Source of the DNA: a virus
Taxonomy: Duplodnaviria > Caudoviricetes
DNA length: 26,691 bases
Strand: one strand, 5' to 3'
IMG/VR virus record: IMGVR_UViG_3300015050_000645
Coordinates: 1 to 26,691 of that record
Shown one piece after another: positions 6,845-16,397 of the stretch. Numbering within the stretch: the stretch's first letter is position 1; the number at the start of each line of letters is the position of its first letter. The position numbers and the translations under genes are program-made. The notes beneath the pieces are model-generated. The model ran no database searches. It was given only the letters and a program-made list of their open reading frames with translations, and was not told the DNA's origin.

Positions 6845-8799
6845 CGGTTTCTCAACTGAGACAGGGCGTTAACTTCCGCCGCCGTGATGGTCGGGGACAG
6901 CTCGTTTTTCTGCCCCAGCCATTTAACAAACTCGGGGTTGTTCATACGGCGTGCCAGCAAATTCGCACCACCCATAGTTCCCGCCGCCCCAGCAGCCAGC
7001 GGCAAATTCCAGGACAAAACAGCCCCCGCAATCGCACCCCCCGCCAACTGGGCACTGAGCGCGGGCTGTGTGCCTGATGGGTTGGCAAACACCCGCGACC
7101 CATCGCGGACATTGGAAGCAACACCAGCCAATTGAAGTAACTTGTTCTCGGTGTCGGGGACGCCCAAGCGCCCGAATAGGGTGTTACGCGAATCCGGGGA
7201 AAGCTTGTTCAGATTGGTGAGAAATGTTTCTGTGGAGAATGCGTCGCCAACATCGTTTTGATTACCTGCGGTCGCCTTGCCCATGCGGCGAAGAACTGCC
7301 GAAGCCAGCTCCTTGCGGTTTTCTTTTGGGATCGCGTCAACAACGCGCTTAAGCACCGTGTTTCCTTCGGAAGTCCCGGACATGGCGGCGCTGAATACCT
7401 TCTCTGGCGCGTCCTTGCCCACAATGCCCGACAACTGCTCCAGGCGATCAAGCTGTGAACTGGTGTACTTGTTGGCCCATTGCCAGGATTGCTCTGCCTT
7501 GGGGCCCGCAGTCTTTGCGGCAGCGCCCAAGTCCTCCGACAGCGCCCCATACAAAGCCGTCCATTTGGAGCGCGGCACGTCTGATAGCAGCGAGTTGTCC
7601 GCAATCTCATTGCCCACCAATGTGCGCAGCTTTTTGATTGCCTCGTATGGTAGAGCGCCGCCTTTGGCTGCCTGAGCCAAGTCAGCCTCCAGCGCCGCGT
7701 CGATGCCTTTGATTTTGGAGTTTTTGAACCACTGGGACAGGTTTGGCGCCCCGGGAATATCAGCGTTTAGCTCAGCCAGCTTCGCCTGAGTTTTCCCGAC
7801 ATTGATAGGCGAATCTGCTGGGATGTACTGGTCAAGCGTGTTGTATAGACGCGCCTGCACGACCTTGAAGCCGTCTTTGAACCCCTGCACGCCCTTGGTG
7901 ATGGCCTCGCCTGCGTTCACCGCATTCCCGGTAGGGGACAGCTCATCGGCTAGTTTCGTGACACTTGCAGCCACGGCATCGGCCTTTTTCTGAGCCGCCT
8001 TTTGCATGACGCCAGCGCTTCCCGGCGTCTTGGCAAGCACGCTTTCAATGGCTCTGGGGATTCGCCCCTCCGTAGCCTGCCCCACGGACGGCGCGACATC
8101 AGCAGCGTCCTTAAAGAGTTCGATATTTTTGTTGACAGTCTGACGCCCTTGCTCGCCACCTCGCAGCAATCCACGGACGGCGCCAGACCCAGCGGCCAGC
8201 GCCACCTGCGGCGCAACAGACCCCAGCAGCCCCGCCGCCGCCTGAGCGCCACCACTGCCGCCCATTTCCCGCGTCACGCCTTGAGCGCCGCCGCCAGTAG
8301 CCCCGGAGACGGTTTGCATGGCGGGGCCGGTTGACAAAACCTGTCCGATCTTTTGAACAACTGGAGCGGCACTATTTGCCATCGCTCGCCCGACGGCCAC
8401 TGTGCCTGCGCCGCCCGCCATACCGCCAGCGATATCCTGAACAACACGCTCCGTAGCGTTTTCTGGTTGAGCTACACCAGCACTATTCAGCACGTTGTCA
8501 ATTGCTTTGCTGGTTGGCGGGAATCGGTAATCGCTACCAGCCGCAGCCAAGCCCATATTCATTGCGCCCCCGATGGCATCGGCGCCCAACCCAACGAGAC
8601 CGGCCGATCCTTTTGCACCTGCACGCAAAGTAAGTCCTACTTGTCGCGCCAACTCGGTGCCCATGCCGCGCTCTTCCGGCTGTGCTGGCGCTCCGATCTG
8701 CGACTGCAAAATCTGAAACGCCTGCTCCTGAGTTGCGCCCGCAGGCCCCTCCACCGTGTACTTCTTGCCCTCTGGCGAGGTGAAATCAAACGTGGGCAT
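6841..8799 (-). CDS. Large DNA ejection (injection) protein
   Basis: Ala/Gly-rich helical protein, third of three between the hub and the fibre; TAATG overlap at 8799. Confidence 0.75.
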   Translation of the reverse strand: MPTFDFTSPEGKKYTVEGPAGATQEQAFQILQSQIGAPAQPEERGMGTELARQVGLTLRAGAKGSAGLVGLGADAIGGAMNMGLAAAGSDYRFPPTSKAIDNVLNSAGVAQPENATERVVQDIAGGMAGGAGTVAVGRAMANSAAPVVQKIGQVLSTGPAMQTVSGATGGGAQGVTREMGGSGGAQAAAGLLGSVAPQVALAAGSGAVRGLLRGGEQGRQTVNKNIELFKDAADVAPSVGQATEGRIPRAIESVLAKTPGSAGVMQKAAQKKADAVAASVTKLADELSPTGNAVNAGEAITKGVQGFKDGFKVVQARLYNTLDQYIPADSPINVGKTQAKLAELNADIPGAPNLSQWFKNSKIKGIDAALEADLAQAAKGGALPYEAIKKLRTLVGNEIADNSLLSDVPRSKWTALYGALSEDLGAAAKTAGPKAEQSWQWANKYTSSQLDRLEQLSGIVGKDAPEKVFSAAMSGTSEGNTVLKRVVDAIPKENRKELASAVLRRMGKATAGNQNDVGDAFSTETFLTNLNKLSPDSRNTLFGRLGVPDTENKLLQLAGVASNVRDGSRVFANPSGTQPALSAQLAGGAIAGAVLSWNLPLAAGAAGTMGGANLLARRMNNPEFVKWLGQKNELSPTITAAEVNALSQLRNR

Positions 8800-9998
8800 T
8801 AGCGGGCCTGCACTTTCCACCCCTGAGGGATCGCTGCCGGAGTTGCGTTTGGCGCTGGCGCGGTTGGGTTGGCTGTCATGTCCCCCATGTCGGCAAACAC
8901 GCTGGCAGGGTCCATGCCGCGCTTTTTGGCGATGCCTTCATAGCTGGTCTTGGCTTTTTTGGCCTCAGTCTCATAGGTGCCAATGCGTCCTTGCGCCTCT
9001 GCAAGAATCTGCTTCTTGGTTTCCGGGCTCAGGCGACCACCACCGGCCAGGTATTGAGCGTATCCCTTGACCTTTTCCGGGATGTTCGGGCTGTTCGCAA
9101 CGGTCGCGTATTCGCCTTCGCGCACGACGCTGGTTGGGTCGTACAGTTTTGCAAGGCCGTACACGATGTTGATATCGGACTGCGTAGTGTTGCGCCCGGT
9201 CGCGTCCTTGATGGCAGCGTAGGCCGGGTAAGCCTGCTTGTAGTTCTTGACTTCAGGCAGGCTCTCGAACTCTTTGCGCAACCCCTGCTCGTTGTTGAAG
9301 CCGGTTTGGATGCGTGCGGCATCGCGGTTGGACTGGGCAACATCGCGGGTTGCTGCGGCATTGGCATAGGACGCGCCGACACTGCGCTTGTTGTTTTCGA
9401 TAGACGCGTTTGTGGTCTGGTCGTTGTTACGGCGGCTGGTCTGGTCGGAAAGCAGCTTGTCCGTCTCGATTGACTTGGTGTAGATTCCCTGAAGCGCGGC
9501 GCGTAGGCCCTGAGGGTCTTGCGGCAGCTTGGACACATCGAGCGCGGCGTGGTACTCCTGCGGAAGTTGGGACTTGAGCTGTTCGACGGCGCCGGCTACT
9601 TCCTGGATGTTCAGGGTCGGGCTTTGCGACAGGGCGTAGGCGGTCGAGCCCATCAGGCCCACGACTTTCTGCAAGCCCTCGATGTTTGTCTTGTTGGTGC
9701 CGGCTTTGTCTTTCGCCAGGTCACCTTGCGCTTTTGAGTACTCCTGCGCCTGTTTCCCGAGCCCGGCTTTGTACAGAGAATTTACGTTCTGTTCGGCGTC
9801 CTTCCCGAACTGCCGGTAAACGTCCTTGAGTTGGTTCTGCTCTTGCACACCGCGCTCGTACTCCTGCATTTTCATCTGCCCCATGCGCTGGGCAAGCTCG
9901 TTCTGGTCAAACTGCGCCTTTTGGGCGTACATCTCCTGAGGGGAGATTGTGCGGGGGCGCTGGACGCCAAGGATGATGTTGGGGTTGAGGGTCGCCAT
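8799..9998 (-). CDS. DNA ejection protein
   Basis: Gln/Ala-rich helical protein with KLYDPTSVVREGEYA motif; position in the module. Confidence 0.75.
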   Translation of the reverse strand: MATLNPNIILGVQRPRTISPQEMYAQKAQFDQNELAQRMGQMKMQEYERGVQEQNQLKDVYRQFGKDAEQNVNSLYKAGLGKQAQEYSKAQGDLAKDKAGTNKTNIEGLQKVVGLMGSTAYALSQSPTLNIQEVAGAVEQLKSQLPQEYHAALDVSKLPQDPQGLRAALQGIYTKSIETDKLLSDQTSRRNNDQTTNASIENNKRSVGASYANAAATRDVAQSNRDAARIQTGFNNEQGLRKEFESLPEVKNYKQAYPAYAAIKDATGRNTTQSDINIVYGLAKLYDPTSVVREGEYATVANSPNIPEKVKGYAQYLAGGGRLSPETKKQILAEAQGRIGTYETEAKKAKTSYEGIAKKRGMDPASVFADMGDMTANPTAPAPNATPAAIPQGWKVQAR

Positions 9999-10001
9999 CG
10001 G

Positions 10002-11117
10002 TTAGCCTCCAGATCCGGCGTTGCTGTACAAATAGCTGTTCATGCCGGCGCCGTAGTCTCGATTGCCGGTGTTGTTCCATTGAGCATTTGCCGGCTTGCT
10101 CATCAACTGGTTCCAGCGGTAAGCATCGGTAGCATCAGCAATGCCGCCGCTCAAAGCGTTCGCACCGCCGACGATCCCGGCCGACTGAGCGTTACCGGCG
10201 GCAAGCTGGTTGCCTGCAATGGAGTTGCCTGTGGCAATCCCCGCCGCACCGACTCCAGCCGCTGCGCTTTGGCCCTGCCGGGAAACGCCAGACAGGAAGT
10301 CGTAAGTCTGAGCTTTGCCGGCCATGTTGCGGCTGTACAGGTTGTTTTGCTCGTTCAAATTGCGGTTGTAAGCGTCGCCGGTATAGGTGTTGGCCGTCTG
10401 AGCGCCGAAGCGCGTCAGGGCCTTGAGAGCCGCGCCAGAGCCATAGCCGCCGCTGCTGGCTGCGCGGGTGTTGATTTGGTTCAGCCCAGTGTCCAGCGCG
10501 GTTTTGAAGGTGTTCTGGAAGACAAGATCGTTATTCAGATCCTGCTGCGTGAACTGCTTGTAAGCGGGAGCCGGGGCGAGCAGTGAACCATAGTTAGGGT
10601 TACTGGATGCCTGCGCCTGAGCCGCCGCCATGCGCGCATCAATTGCGGCGTTAAGACCAGCTTCGTCAACGACAGATTGCCCGCCAGCCTGCCAGCCTTG
10701 AGGCACAGAATAAGCCTGGCGGTCGTTGGTGTCGTAGTAGTATTCACGCCCGGTCGTGCCGCCGTAATTCGCTTGCGTCTGGTCATCACCAGCCATAGCC
10801 AGTTGCCGGTCTGCCGGATTGCCGCCAGCACCTGTTTTTGTGAATTGGCCAAGCAGCTCGTTGCGGATCTGATCGCGGCTCAGCCCACCGCCGCCACTTC
10901 CACCGCCCAGCCCCAAGCGCATCAGCAGCTCGTTTTGAGCCAAGCCGCCGCCAGTTGTCCACGGCGCCAGGTCTTGCCGCTGTTGCAGGCGTGCGGCCTC
11001 CTGAGTGGCGCTGGCCTCTCGCGCTGCTGCGCTCTGGGTGTCTGCTGCCTCACCCGCTGCATCGCCTGCCAGTGCGCCGCTAATCAAAGGCGCCGCAATT
11101 GCTGCAATCCATGCCAT
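10002..11117 (-). CDS. DNA ejection/pilot protein (P22 gp7-like)
   Basis: MAWIAAIAAPLISGAL start, QDLAPWTTGG and SGAALKALTRFG motifs; GAGGAG RBS. Confidence 0.8.
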   Translation of the reverse strand: MAWIAAIAAPLISGALAGDAAGEAADTQSAAAREASATQEAARLQQRQDLAPWTTGGGLAQNELLMRLGLGGGSGGGGLSRDQIRNELLGQFTKTGAGGNPADRQLAMAGDDQTQANYGGTTGREYYYDTNDRQAYSVPQGWQAGGQSVVDEAGLNAAIDARMAAAQAQASSNPNYGSLLAPAPAYKQFTQQDLNNDLVFQNTFKTALDTGLNQINTRAASSGGYGSGAALKALTRFGAQTANTYTGDAYNRNLNEQNNLYSRNMAGKAQTYDFLSGVSRQGQSAAAGVGAAGIATGNSIAGNQLAAGNAQSAGIVGGANALSGGIADATDAYRWNQLMSKPANAQWNNTGNRDYGAGMNSYLYSNAGSGG

Positions 11118-11118
11118 A

Positions 11119-11451
11119 TCAGTTCTCCTCAATCAGTTCGTGATCGACCTTTTCAGGGTCTGTTTCGTCAGTGGCATGGATGCAGAACCAGACAACGTCT
11201 GTCAGCGATTCCACTTTGTGCAACTTCCCGGCGGGTATGGTCAGCACCACGGGGGCGTTCGGGGTTGCGGTGTGCTTGCTGGTGACGCCGTCAACAGAGA
11301 CAATCACCGCTCCACTCGTAAGCAGCGAGAGGTGGTCATGCGCGTGCTTGTGCTGACTCAAAATTAGCCCGGCGGGGATCATGGTTTGCTTGGCGTAAAC
11401 GCCGCCACCGAAGTGGTGAACAATCCCAATGTTTTCCATACCATCACTCAT
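11119..11451 (-). CDS. Cupin-fold protein
   Basis: HHFGGGVYAK, QHKHAHDH and IPAGKLH cupin motifs. Confidence 0.8.
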   Translation of the reverse strand: MSDGMENIGIVHHFGGGVYAKQTMIPAGLILSQHKHAHDHLSLLTSGAVIVSVDGVTSKHTATPNAPVVLTIPAGKLHKVESLTDVVWFCIHATDETDPEKVDHELIEEN

Positions 11452-12059
11452 ACACTTGCCCCCGCGCCGTTGTATTTATTGCTTTTTGATCTGTTTGCTT
11501 GAGGCGAGAGCAGCTGCAAGTTTTGATGAACATGCAGCCCGCATACCGTCTTGCCCGCCAGCGGGATAATGTGATCAACTTCCATCCCGGCCGCTCTTGC
11601 GGACTCGTAGATTTCAGCAATGCGCGCAGCGTCTGCCCATGCGGGAAGTGCTTGCTTTTCTGTGGCCCGACGCCGCGCCGAGATCGCTGCCTTTGCGGCT
11701 TTGTTTGCGGAGTCCCACTTTTTCACATAGCCGCGCATTCGCTCTCGATTCGCAGCCTGCCAGTCGGCTAGGTAGGATCGCTTCCCACTAGCTGCGTATT
11801 TCTCTCTACTTACAGATTTCCGGCACTCGACGCAATATCCGGACAAGCTGCGAGGTCCGTTGTGCCCTTGCTTGCAAGGCGTCCCGCTCACATAAGTATT
11901 GAAGCCCGCGGTGCGCGCCTCCTCTATCAAGCGTGAAACCCTCTTCCGCTCCGTCTCTGTGTTGGCCACGCCGTGCAAGCGCCATTGCGAATAGTGCGTA
12001 TTGCAAAGGCCTCTAGCCTGGCATTTTCTATCGCATGAAGGGACGGTGCAGAACTTCAA
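11448..12059 (-). CDS. HNH endonuclease, probably a free-standing homing endonuclease
   Basis: EVDHIIPLAGKTVCGLHVHQNLQLLSPQANRSKSN; N-terminal Cys/His zinc motifs; TTG start overlapping the upstream TGA. Confidence 0.88.
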   Translation of the reverse strand: MKFCTVPSCDRKCQARGLCNTHYSQWRLHGVANTETERKRVSRLIEEARTAGFNTYVSGTPCKQGHNGPRSLSGYCVECRKSVSREKYAASGKRSYLADWQAANRERMRGYVKKWDSANKAAKAAISARRRATEKQALPAWADAARIAEIYESARAAGMEVDHIIPLAGKTVCGLHVHQNLQLLSPQANRSKSNKYNGAGASV

Positions 12060-12316
12060 ACCGAAACCCCCGCCGAGTTGTGCCAGACAATCACACCCCC
12101 AGTAATCGAGTAAACATAAACCGGGTATCCGAGCGTCATGTCCATGTACTGCCGCCCGATCCAAAGCCCAGAAGTCGGGCGCTCTGCGGTTGTTCCCGAC
12201 TGCCTCAATGCGGAGACAAGCTGGTGCACCCAGTTGAACCACGTACCCCATGCCGGTGTTAAATTCCCTTGCGCGTCTTGCGTGCCTGATGTTGGGCGAA
12301 CGACTGGATCAGCCAC
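12056..12316 (-). CDS. Small tail structural protein
   Basis: LTPAWGTWF and SGTTAERP motifs; directly follows the hub gene. Confidence 0.65.
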   Translation of the reverse strand: MADPVVRPTSGTQDAQGNLTPAWGTWFNWVHQLVSALRQSGTTAERPTSGLWIGRQYMDMTLGYPVYVYSITGGVIVWHNSAGVSV

Positions 12317-13721
12317 GGCGCCCCCATGCACCAATAAAGGTCACGTTGACGGGATCAGTTACGGTGAACTCAAAGGTCCACACGCCCGCATCAGCGCTTC
12401 GGCCCAGCCGACGGAATGTTGCGCGGCCTCGGTAAGCTCCACTTCTGCCAATGTCGGCCCAGCGCTCATTGCCCCAGGTCTTGCCGCCGTCTTTGCTGAT
12501 GCGCATCATCAGTTGAGGGTTTGCGCCCTGCCCTGTCGATGTGCCAACGCCCATTTGCATATCAATCCACACTTCGGCAAAGCGGGAGATATTCCCGGTC
12601 ATCAAGTGACGTCCGATGAACTTGCGGGTGATGGTCGCGCCGTTGTCGGTCAGTGCGTCAGGGTCGAACAGGTAGGTGCTGCCTGTCTCGTAGTCGGTGA
12701 CATAGCTGCGGTTTTGGTGGTTAACCTGAAGCTCTGCGCGGTGCCGGCCACCGCTTGATTCGGCTTTAGGCCAGTCGCCAGTCCGACCGTCGTAGCGCCA
12801 TGACCTGTTCTCTGCCGTGAAGTTGATCTGCCAGAAGCTGTGCCCCTTGTCGCGGAAGGAAAAGCCCGTTGCACTTTCCAGGCCCGCGTAAGAAGCAAAA
12901 AGCGTCTCAATGTCTGGGTTGGAAACCACTTGCAGCGAGTAGCCGCTAAGAGTGCAAACTTGCACGCCACCAAGCCGGTTTTTGCTCAGGAAAATAAGGG
13001 ATTGGTCGAACTTGTCCAGCGAACTGAAAGACGCCAACCCGAACTCGATTGCGGCGGCGCCTATCGGCCCAAAAGCGGCATCATCGGAGTTGGTAGGGCC
13101 TGCAAAGCCTGTCGTGAATTCACCGAACAGCACAAGCTGCCCGTTATCGGCCACCACGCGCACCAGGTTGTCCGGGTTGCTTTCCTCGGTGGCAAAATCC
13201 AGGGCGTCCCAGCTCAGCCCGTCATTGATCGCGGACCATTGATATTGCCCAGTCCCGGCGGATGTGACGACAAACCGCAGCTTGAGGAACGTGACGGAGG
13301 TAGGATTCGCTGGGAACCCCACATCGGTAATCTGCACAAACGCATCGGTAGCAAACGTCAGGATGTAGCCGGCCGTGCCGTCCACAATCATCAGCTGCGT
13401 ACCGTTGTCAACCATGTCAACGATGCCGCCAGAGGTCAGCAGCGTGCCCAAGCTGGTTTGCGTGCCGTCGTTGGCCTCTTTCCATAGCTTGTCGCGGTTG
13501 ACGTAGTACTTGAAGTCGCCATGACTCCATGCGCCACGGCAGGGGTTGGCCCCGTAATTGCTCTGCGCGGTCAGGCCGGGCATGCAATACATGGTGATCT
13601 TCCCGCCGCGCTCGCCATCGGGCGATATCTCGCTGTACAGGTTGACGCGCTCCTGATCCGTTACAGACGGCGAGCGGCTTTTGTTGCTCAGGCCGAATAG
13701 CGGGATCGGTTCGAGATTCAC
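12309..13721 (-). CDS. Packaged-DNA stabilization/tail hub protein (P22 gp10-like)
   Basis: WDALDFATEESNPDNL and SKDGGKTWGNERW...FRRLGR motifs; GTGA-coupled start. Confidence 0.85.
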   Translation of the reverse strand: MNLEPIPLFGLSNKSRSPSVTDQERVNLYSEISPDGERGGKITMYCMPGLTAQSNYGANPCRGAWSHGDFKYYVNRDKLWKEANDGTQTSLGTLLTSGGIVDMVDNGTQLMIVDGTAGYILTFATDAFVQITDVGFPANPTSVTFLKLRFVVTSAGTGQYQWSAINDGLSWDALDFATEESNPDNLVRVVADNGQLVLFGEFTTGFAGPTNSDDAAFGPIGAAAIEFGLASFSSLDKFDQSLIFLSKNRLGGVQVCTLSGYSLQVVSNPDIETLFASYAGLESATGFSFRDKGHSFWQINFTAENRSWRYDGRTGDWPKAESSGGRHRAELQVNHQNRSYVTDYETGSTYLFDPDALTDNGATITRKFIGRHLMTGNISRFAEVWIDMQMGVGTSTGQGANPQLMMRISKDGGKTWGNERWADIGRSGAYRGRATFRRLGRSADAGVWTFEFTVTDPVNVTFIGAWGRRG

Positions 13722-14176
13722 AGTCCGCCAGCCTGCAAACGAACGGCGATTTCCGCCAGGATGTCTTCTACGTTGTCGCCAGTGAAGTACCCGCCGGAGT
13801 CGGAGACAAGCACGTTCGCGGCCTGCATGGTCGGGATAACCCCAGGGAACAGGCATCCGTCATAGCAAAGGCAACAGTTGTAGCTCCAGGCGCACGGATA
13901 AGGCGACTCGATGTAGCCATAAGCCACAGTCGTGGTTACGCCTGCGATGTCCACAGCGATGCGGTAAGGCGTCCGGCCCAGACCGCAAGTGATGGTGAAT
14001 TGCGAGCCGATTGGGAAGTACCCACCGCCGCCCGTAGATAGCTGCGGATTTGTCACCACCAAAGGCGCGATGTCGCCGTCCACCGCGTACACGACTAGAT
14101 TCAGCGTCATGTCGTCGCCAGGCGGGAACACGAGGTTCCGCTCAAGCGAGCCATTAAGAGCGACGTTGATGTCCAT
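13718..14176 (-). CDS. Virion structural protein with a Cys-rich segment
   Basis: TAATG coupling; C-terminal AANVLVSDSGGYFTGDNVEDILAEI resembles a fibre-type motif. Confidence 0.65.
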   Translation of the reverse strand: MDINVALNGSLERNLVFPPGDDMTLNLVVYAVDGDIAPLVVTNPQLSTGGGGYFPIGSQFTITCGLGRTPYRIAVDIAGVTTTVAYGYIESPYPCAWSYNCCLCYDGCLFPGVIPTMQAANVLVSDSGGYFTGDNVEDILAEIAVRLQAGGL

Positions 14177-14505
14177 TAGAAGTATTCCGCCTGGGTGACG
14201 CCGACTGACGGCAGATTGACGGCTTCCTGAATCTGGCTCAAGCCCATCAGCCACAGCTCAGGTCGTGACTTCTGCTCGAACTCAGGCAACAACAGAAAGG
14301 CGGTCATCATCACGTAGGGTTCCTCGGCATAGTCGGGGATGGTGGTGATGGTCCAGCGGAGCAGCTTCTTGACCTTGAGGGCAACGTGAGCAGCGCGGAG
14401 CTTTTCAAGTGCCAGCTCAAGATCAGGCGCGCTTGCTGCCTCTTCGGCCCCGAGGTTTGACGACTTTCGCAGGGCTCGAATCGCCAGATCCGTCTGTGTT
14501 GCCAT
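14176..14505 (-). CDS. Head-tail adaptor (P22 gp4-like)
   Basis: DLAIRALRK...LGAEE N-terminus and AEYF C-terminus; position in the module. Confidence 0.7.
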   Translation of the reverse strand: MATQTDLAIRALRKSSNLGAEEAASAPDLELALEKLRAAHVALKVKKLLRWTITTIPDYAEEPYVMMTAFLLLPEFEQKSRPELWLMGLSQIQEAVNLPSVGVTQAEYF

Positions 14506-14749
14506 GTTCTTGCTCCTGCTCGGCCATCTTCAAGCCGGAATCGATGACTGCTGCGAATTCGCCCTTGACCTGCGCGTCTTCGATCAGGTCGGCCTTCTCG
14601 GCCTTGACCTCGAAGTGAGCGTGGTTGCTCAGCTTCTTGATGGTGTTTTTGTCTGTGACGTTGACGTACTCGCCCAAGGGAAAGTAGTCGCTGTACATGC
14701 GTAGGCCGTCGTGACGTTCGCCAGGAACGCCGATGAATTTGATCTTCAT
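14423..14749 (-). CDS. Hypothetical head-module protein
   Basis: KKLSNHAHFEV motif and basic KPRGRR tail; follows the capsid accessory gene. Confidence 0.7.
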   Translation of the reverse strand: MKIKFIGVPGERHDGLRMYSDYFPLGEYVNVTDKNTIKKLSNHAHFEVKAEKADLIEDAQVKGEFAAVIDSGLKMAEQEQEHGNTDGSGDSSPAKVVKPRGRRGSKRA

Positions 14750-14752
14750 GGG

Positions 14753-14779
14753 AAAGGCGGGCGAGGTTTCCCCCGCCCG
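14753..14779 (-). terminator. Hairpin/weak terminator after the capsid genes
   Basis: CGGGCGGGG-GAAA-CCTCGCCCG stem with a GNRA loop, then CCTTT. Confidence 0.6.
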
Positions 14780-14785
14780 GTCCGT

Positions 14786-15229
14786 TTAGGCGTTCAGTGG
14801 CGTGAAGGTCACGATGATGCTGATGCGGTAAGTCGTGGTGCCCGTGGTGGGGGCGGCCTTGACCAGCACATCAATCGTGTCGTTCGTGGTCAAAACCAGC
14901 GGGTGAGCCGTCGCAGCGCTTGCACGCACGACTCCGCCGGTTTGACCAATCGTGGAAGCTGCGACAAAGTAGTCGGGATCCACGCCGTAGCCCACGTCCA
15001 GCGTGATGCCGGTCGAAGTGTCGAGGTCATCGACAACCACCATCACGTCGGTGATGACAGAGCCGGCCTGGATCATTGGCGACTGGATCAGGTCGTTGAT
15101 GACCAGGGCCGCGCCAGCGGTTACCGTGTACGTGGCAGCGACAACCTTTGCAGATTGGCCGTCGCCCACACCCGGCATTGCCAGCAGTGCTGCGCTGGAG
15201 ACTTTGGTAGCGTTGAAAGTAGTAGCCAT
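14786..15229 (-). CDS. Capsid accessory/decoration protein
   Basis: Directly after the major capsid gene; DDLDTSTGITLDVG beta-rich motif; AAGGAG RBS. Confidence 0.7.
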   Translation of the reverse strand: MATTFNATKVSSAALLAMPGVGDGQSAKVVAATYTVTAGAALVINDLIQSPMIQAGSVITDVMVVVDDLDTSTGITLDVGYGVDPDYFVAASTIGQTGGVVRASAATAHPLVLTTNDTIDVLVKAAPTTGTTTYRISIIVTFTPLNA

Positions 15230-15240
15230 TTCTTTGCTCC

Positions 15241-16386
15241 TTATGCGTCAGCGACGGCAGCGTTGAACATCGTGAAGACGCCGTTCTGCACCAGGTCGGC
15301 CGTGTCGGTCGTACCCTTGCCGAACATCAGCTTCTCGATGCCACGGATTTCCTGAACGCCAACGCCGTGGCGGAAACCGTAGTCCCGCACGTCAGTGGTC
15401 GATTTCAGGCGGCGAGCCCAGGCAGCGCCCAGAGCTTGCGCACCAACCAGGAAGTTGAAGCCCACATCGATGCCGCCGGCGCCTTGACCAACCAGAATGC
15501 CGCCGGTCTGGCCAACAGTGGTTGCATCGGCAGTCAGTGGCAGGCCCATTTCGGGGATTTCGCGCACGATCACGCCATCCCACACCAGCTCGCCACCGGT
15601 AAACAGCGGGTTGGTGTCCACGTTGCGCTCGCGTGCATCGCGGTTGGCCTGTGTGATCACAGGGTCAAGCGAGAAGTCGCGGAACGAACGGGGGTTGGCG
15701 AACAGCACAAACCACTCCTGATCGCCCTTGCGAGTGCGCATCGGCTTGATGCGTGGGCGTGCGGCCTGAGCTTGGCGCTTGGCCAAAGACAGGGTTGCGG
15801 CGCTCAGCTTGTCGGCCGTGTTGTCCAGGGTCAGAAGGCCGGTGGCGACGACGTTGGAAACGCCGTTTGCGACGGCGGCGCCGAACAGGACGCGGTCAGC
15901 ATTGTCAACCAGCCATGCGTTGCGCTCGGCAGCGGTTGCGACGTCCCAGCCGACCATGACGCCGGCTGCGTTGGGAACGGACTTCAGCGCCGAGATGATG
16001 TCTTCCCGGTACTTTTCCATGGCCCAGTTGCGCAGGCCCGGACGTGCAGCCATACGCAGATCGATCGCCGATTTCTGCTCGTCCCATTCCGTCATGACAA
16101 CGGCGTTGCGCAGCGGCGCGACGCGGACAGCCATGGAGCGCGAGTCAAGCTCGGCTTCATTGCCTTCCAGGACCGTGTTGCCGGTGACGCCGCCGCCGAG
16201 TGCGCGAACGGCTGCGAAGGTAACCCTGTCGCCCGGCTTGCGGGTCAGGTCTTCCTTCATGTGGATGATGGCGTTTTCGTCGGTGCCTTGGTACACCTTG
16301 AAGCGGTTTTCCCTCACGCACTCCGTGAAGAACTGGTCGTCCCATTGCTGGGGAGTAAGCCCGGAACGGGCTGTGGTTTCTGCCAT
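15241..16386 (-). CDS. Major capsid protein (N4-gp56/DUF4043-like)
   Basis: EDLTRKPGDRVTF, LEGNEAEL and NPLFTGGELVWDGV motifs; strong RBS; follows the scaffold gene. Confidence 0.9.
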   Translation of the reverse strand: MAETTARSGLTPQQWDDQFFTECVRENRFKVYQGTDENAIIHMKEDLTRKPGDRVTFAAVRALGGGVTGNTVLEGNEAELDSRSMAVRVAPLRNAVVMTEWDEQKSAIDLRMAARPGLRNWAMEKYREDIISALKSVPNAAGVMVGWDVATAAERNAWLVDNADRVLFGAAVANGVSNVVATGLLTLDNTADKLSAATLSLAKRQAQAARPRIKPMRTRKGDQEWFVLFANPRSFRDFSLDPVITQANRDARERNVDTNPLFTGGELVWDGVIVREIPEMGLPLTADATTVGQTGGILVGQGAGGIDVGFNFLVGAQALGAAWARRLKSTTDVRDYGFRHGVGVQEIRGIEKLMFGKGTTDTADLVQNGVFTMFNAAVADA

Positions 16387-16397
16387 GTTGTGGCTCC

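Noticed and set aside
14423-14505. 83-nt overlap of two head genes as a programmed frameshift
   Set aside because: No slippery sequence noticed; a low-complexity tail overlapping the next gene start explains it.
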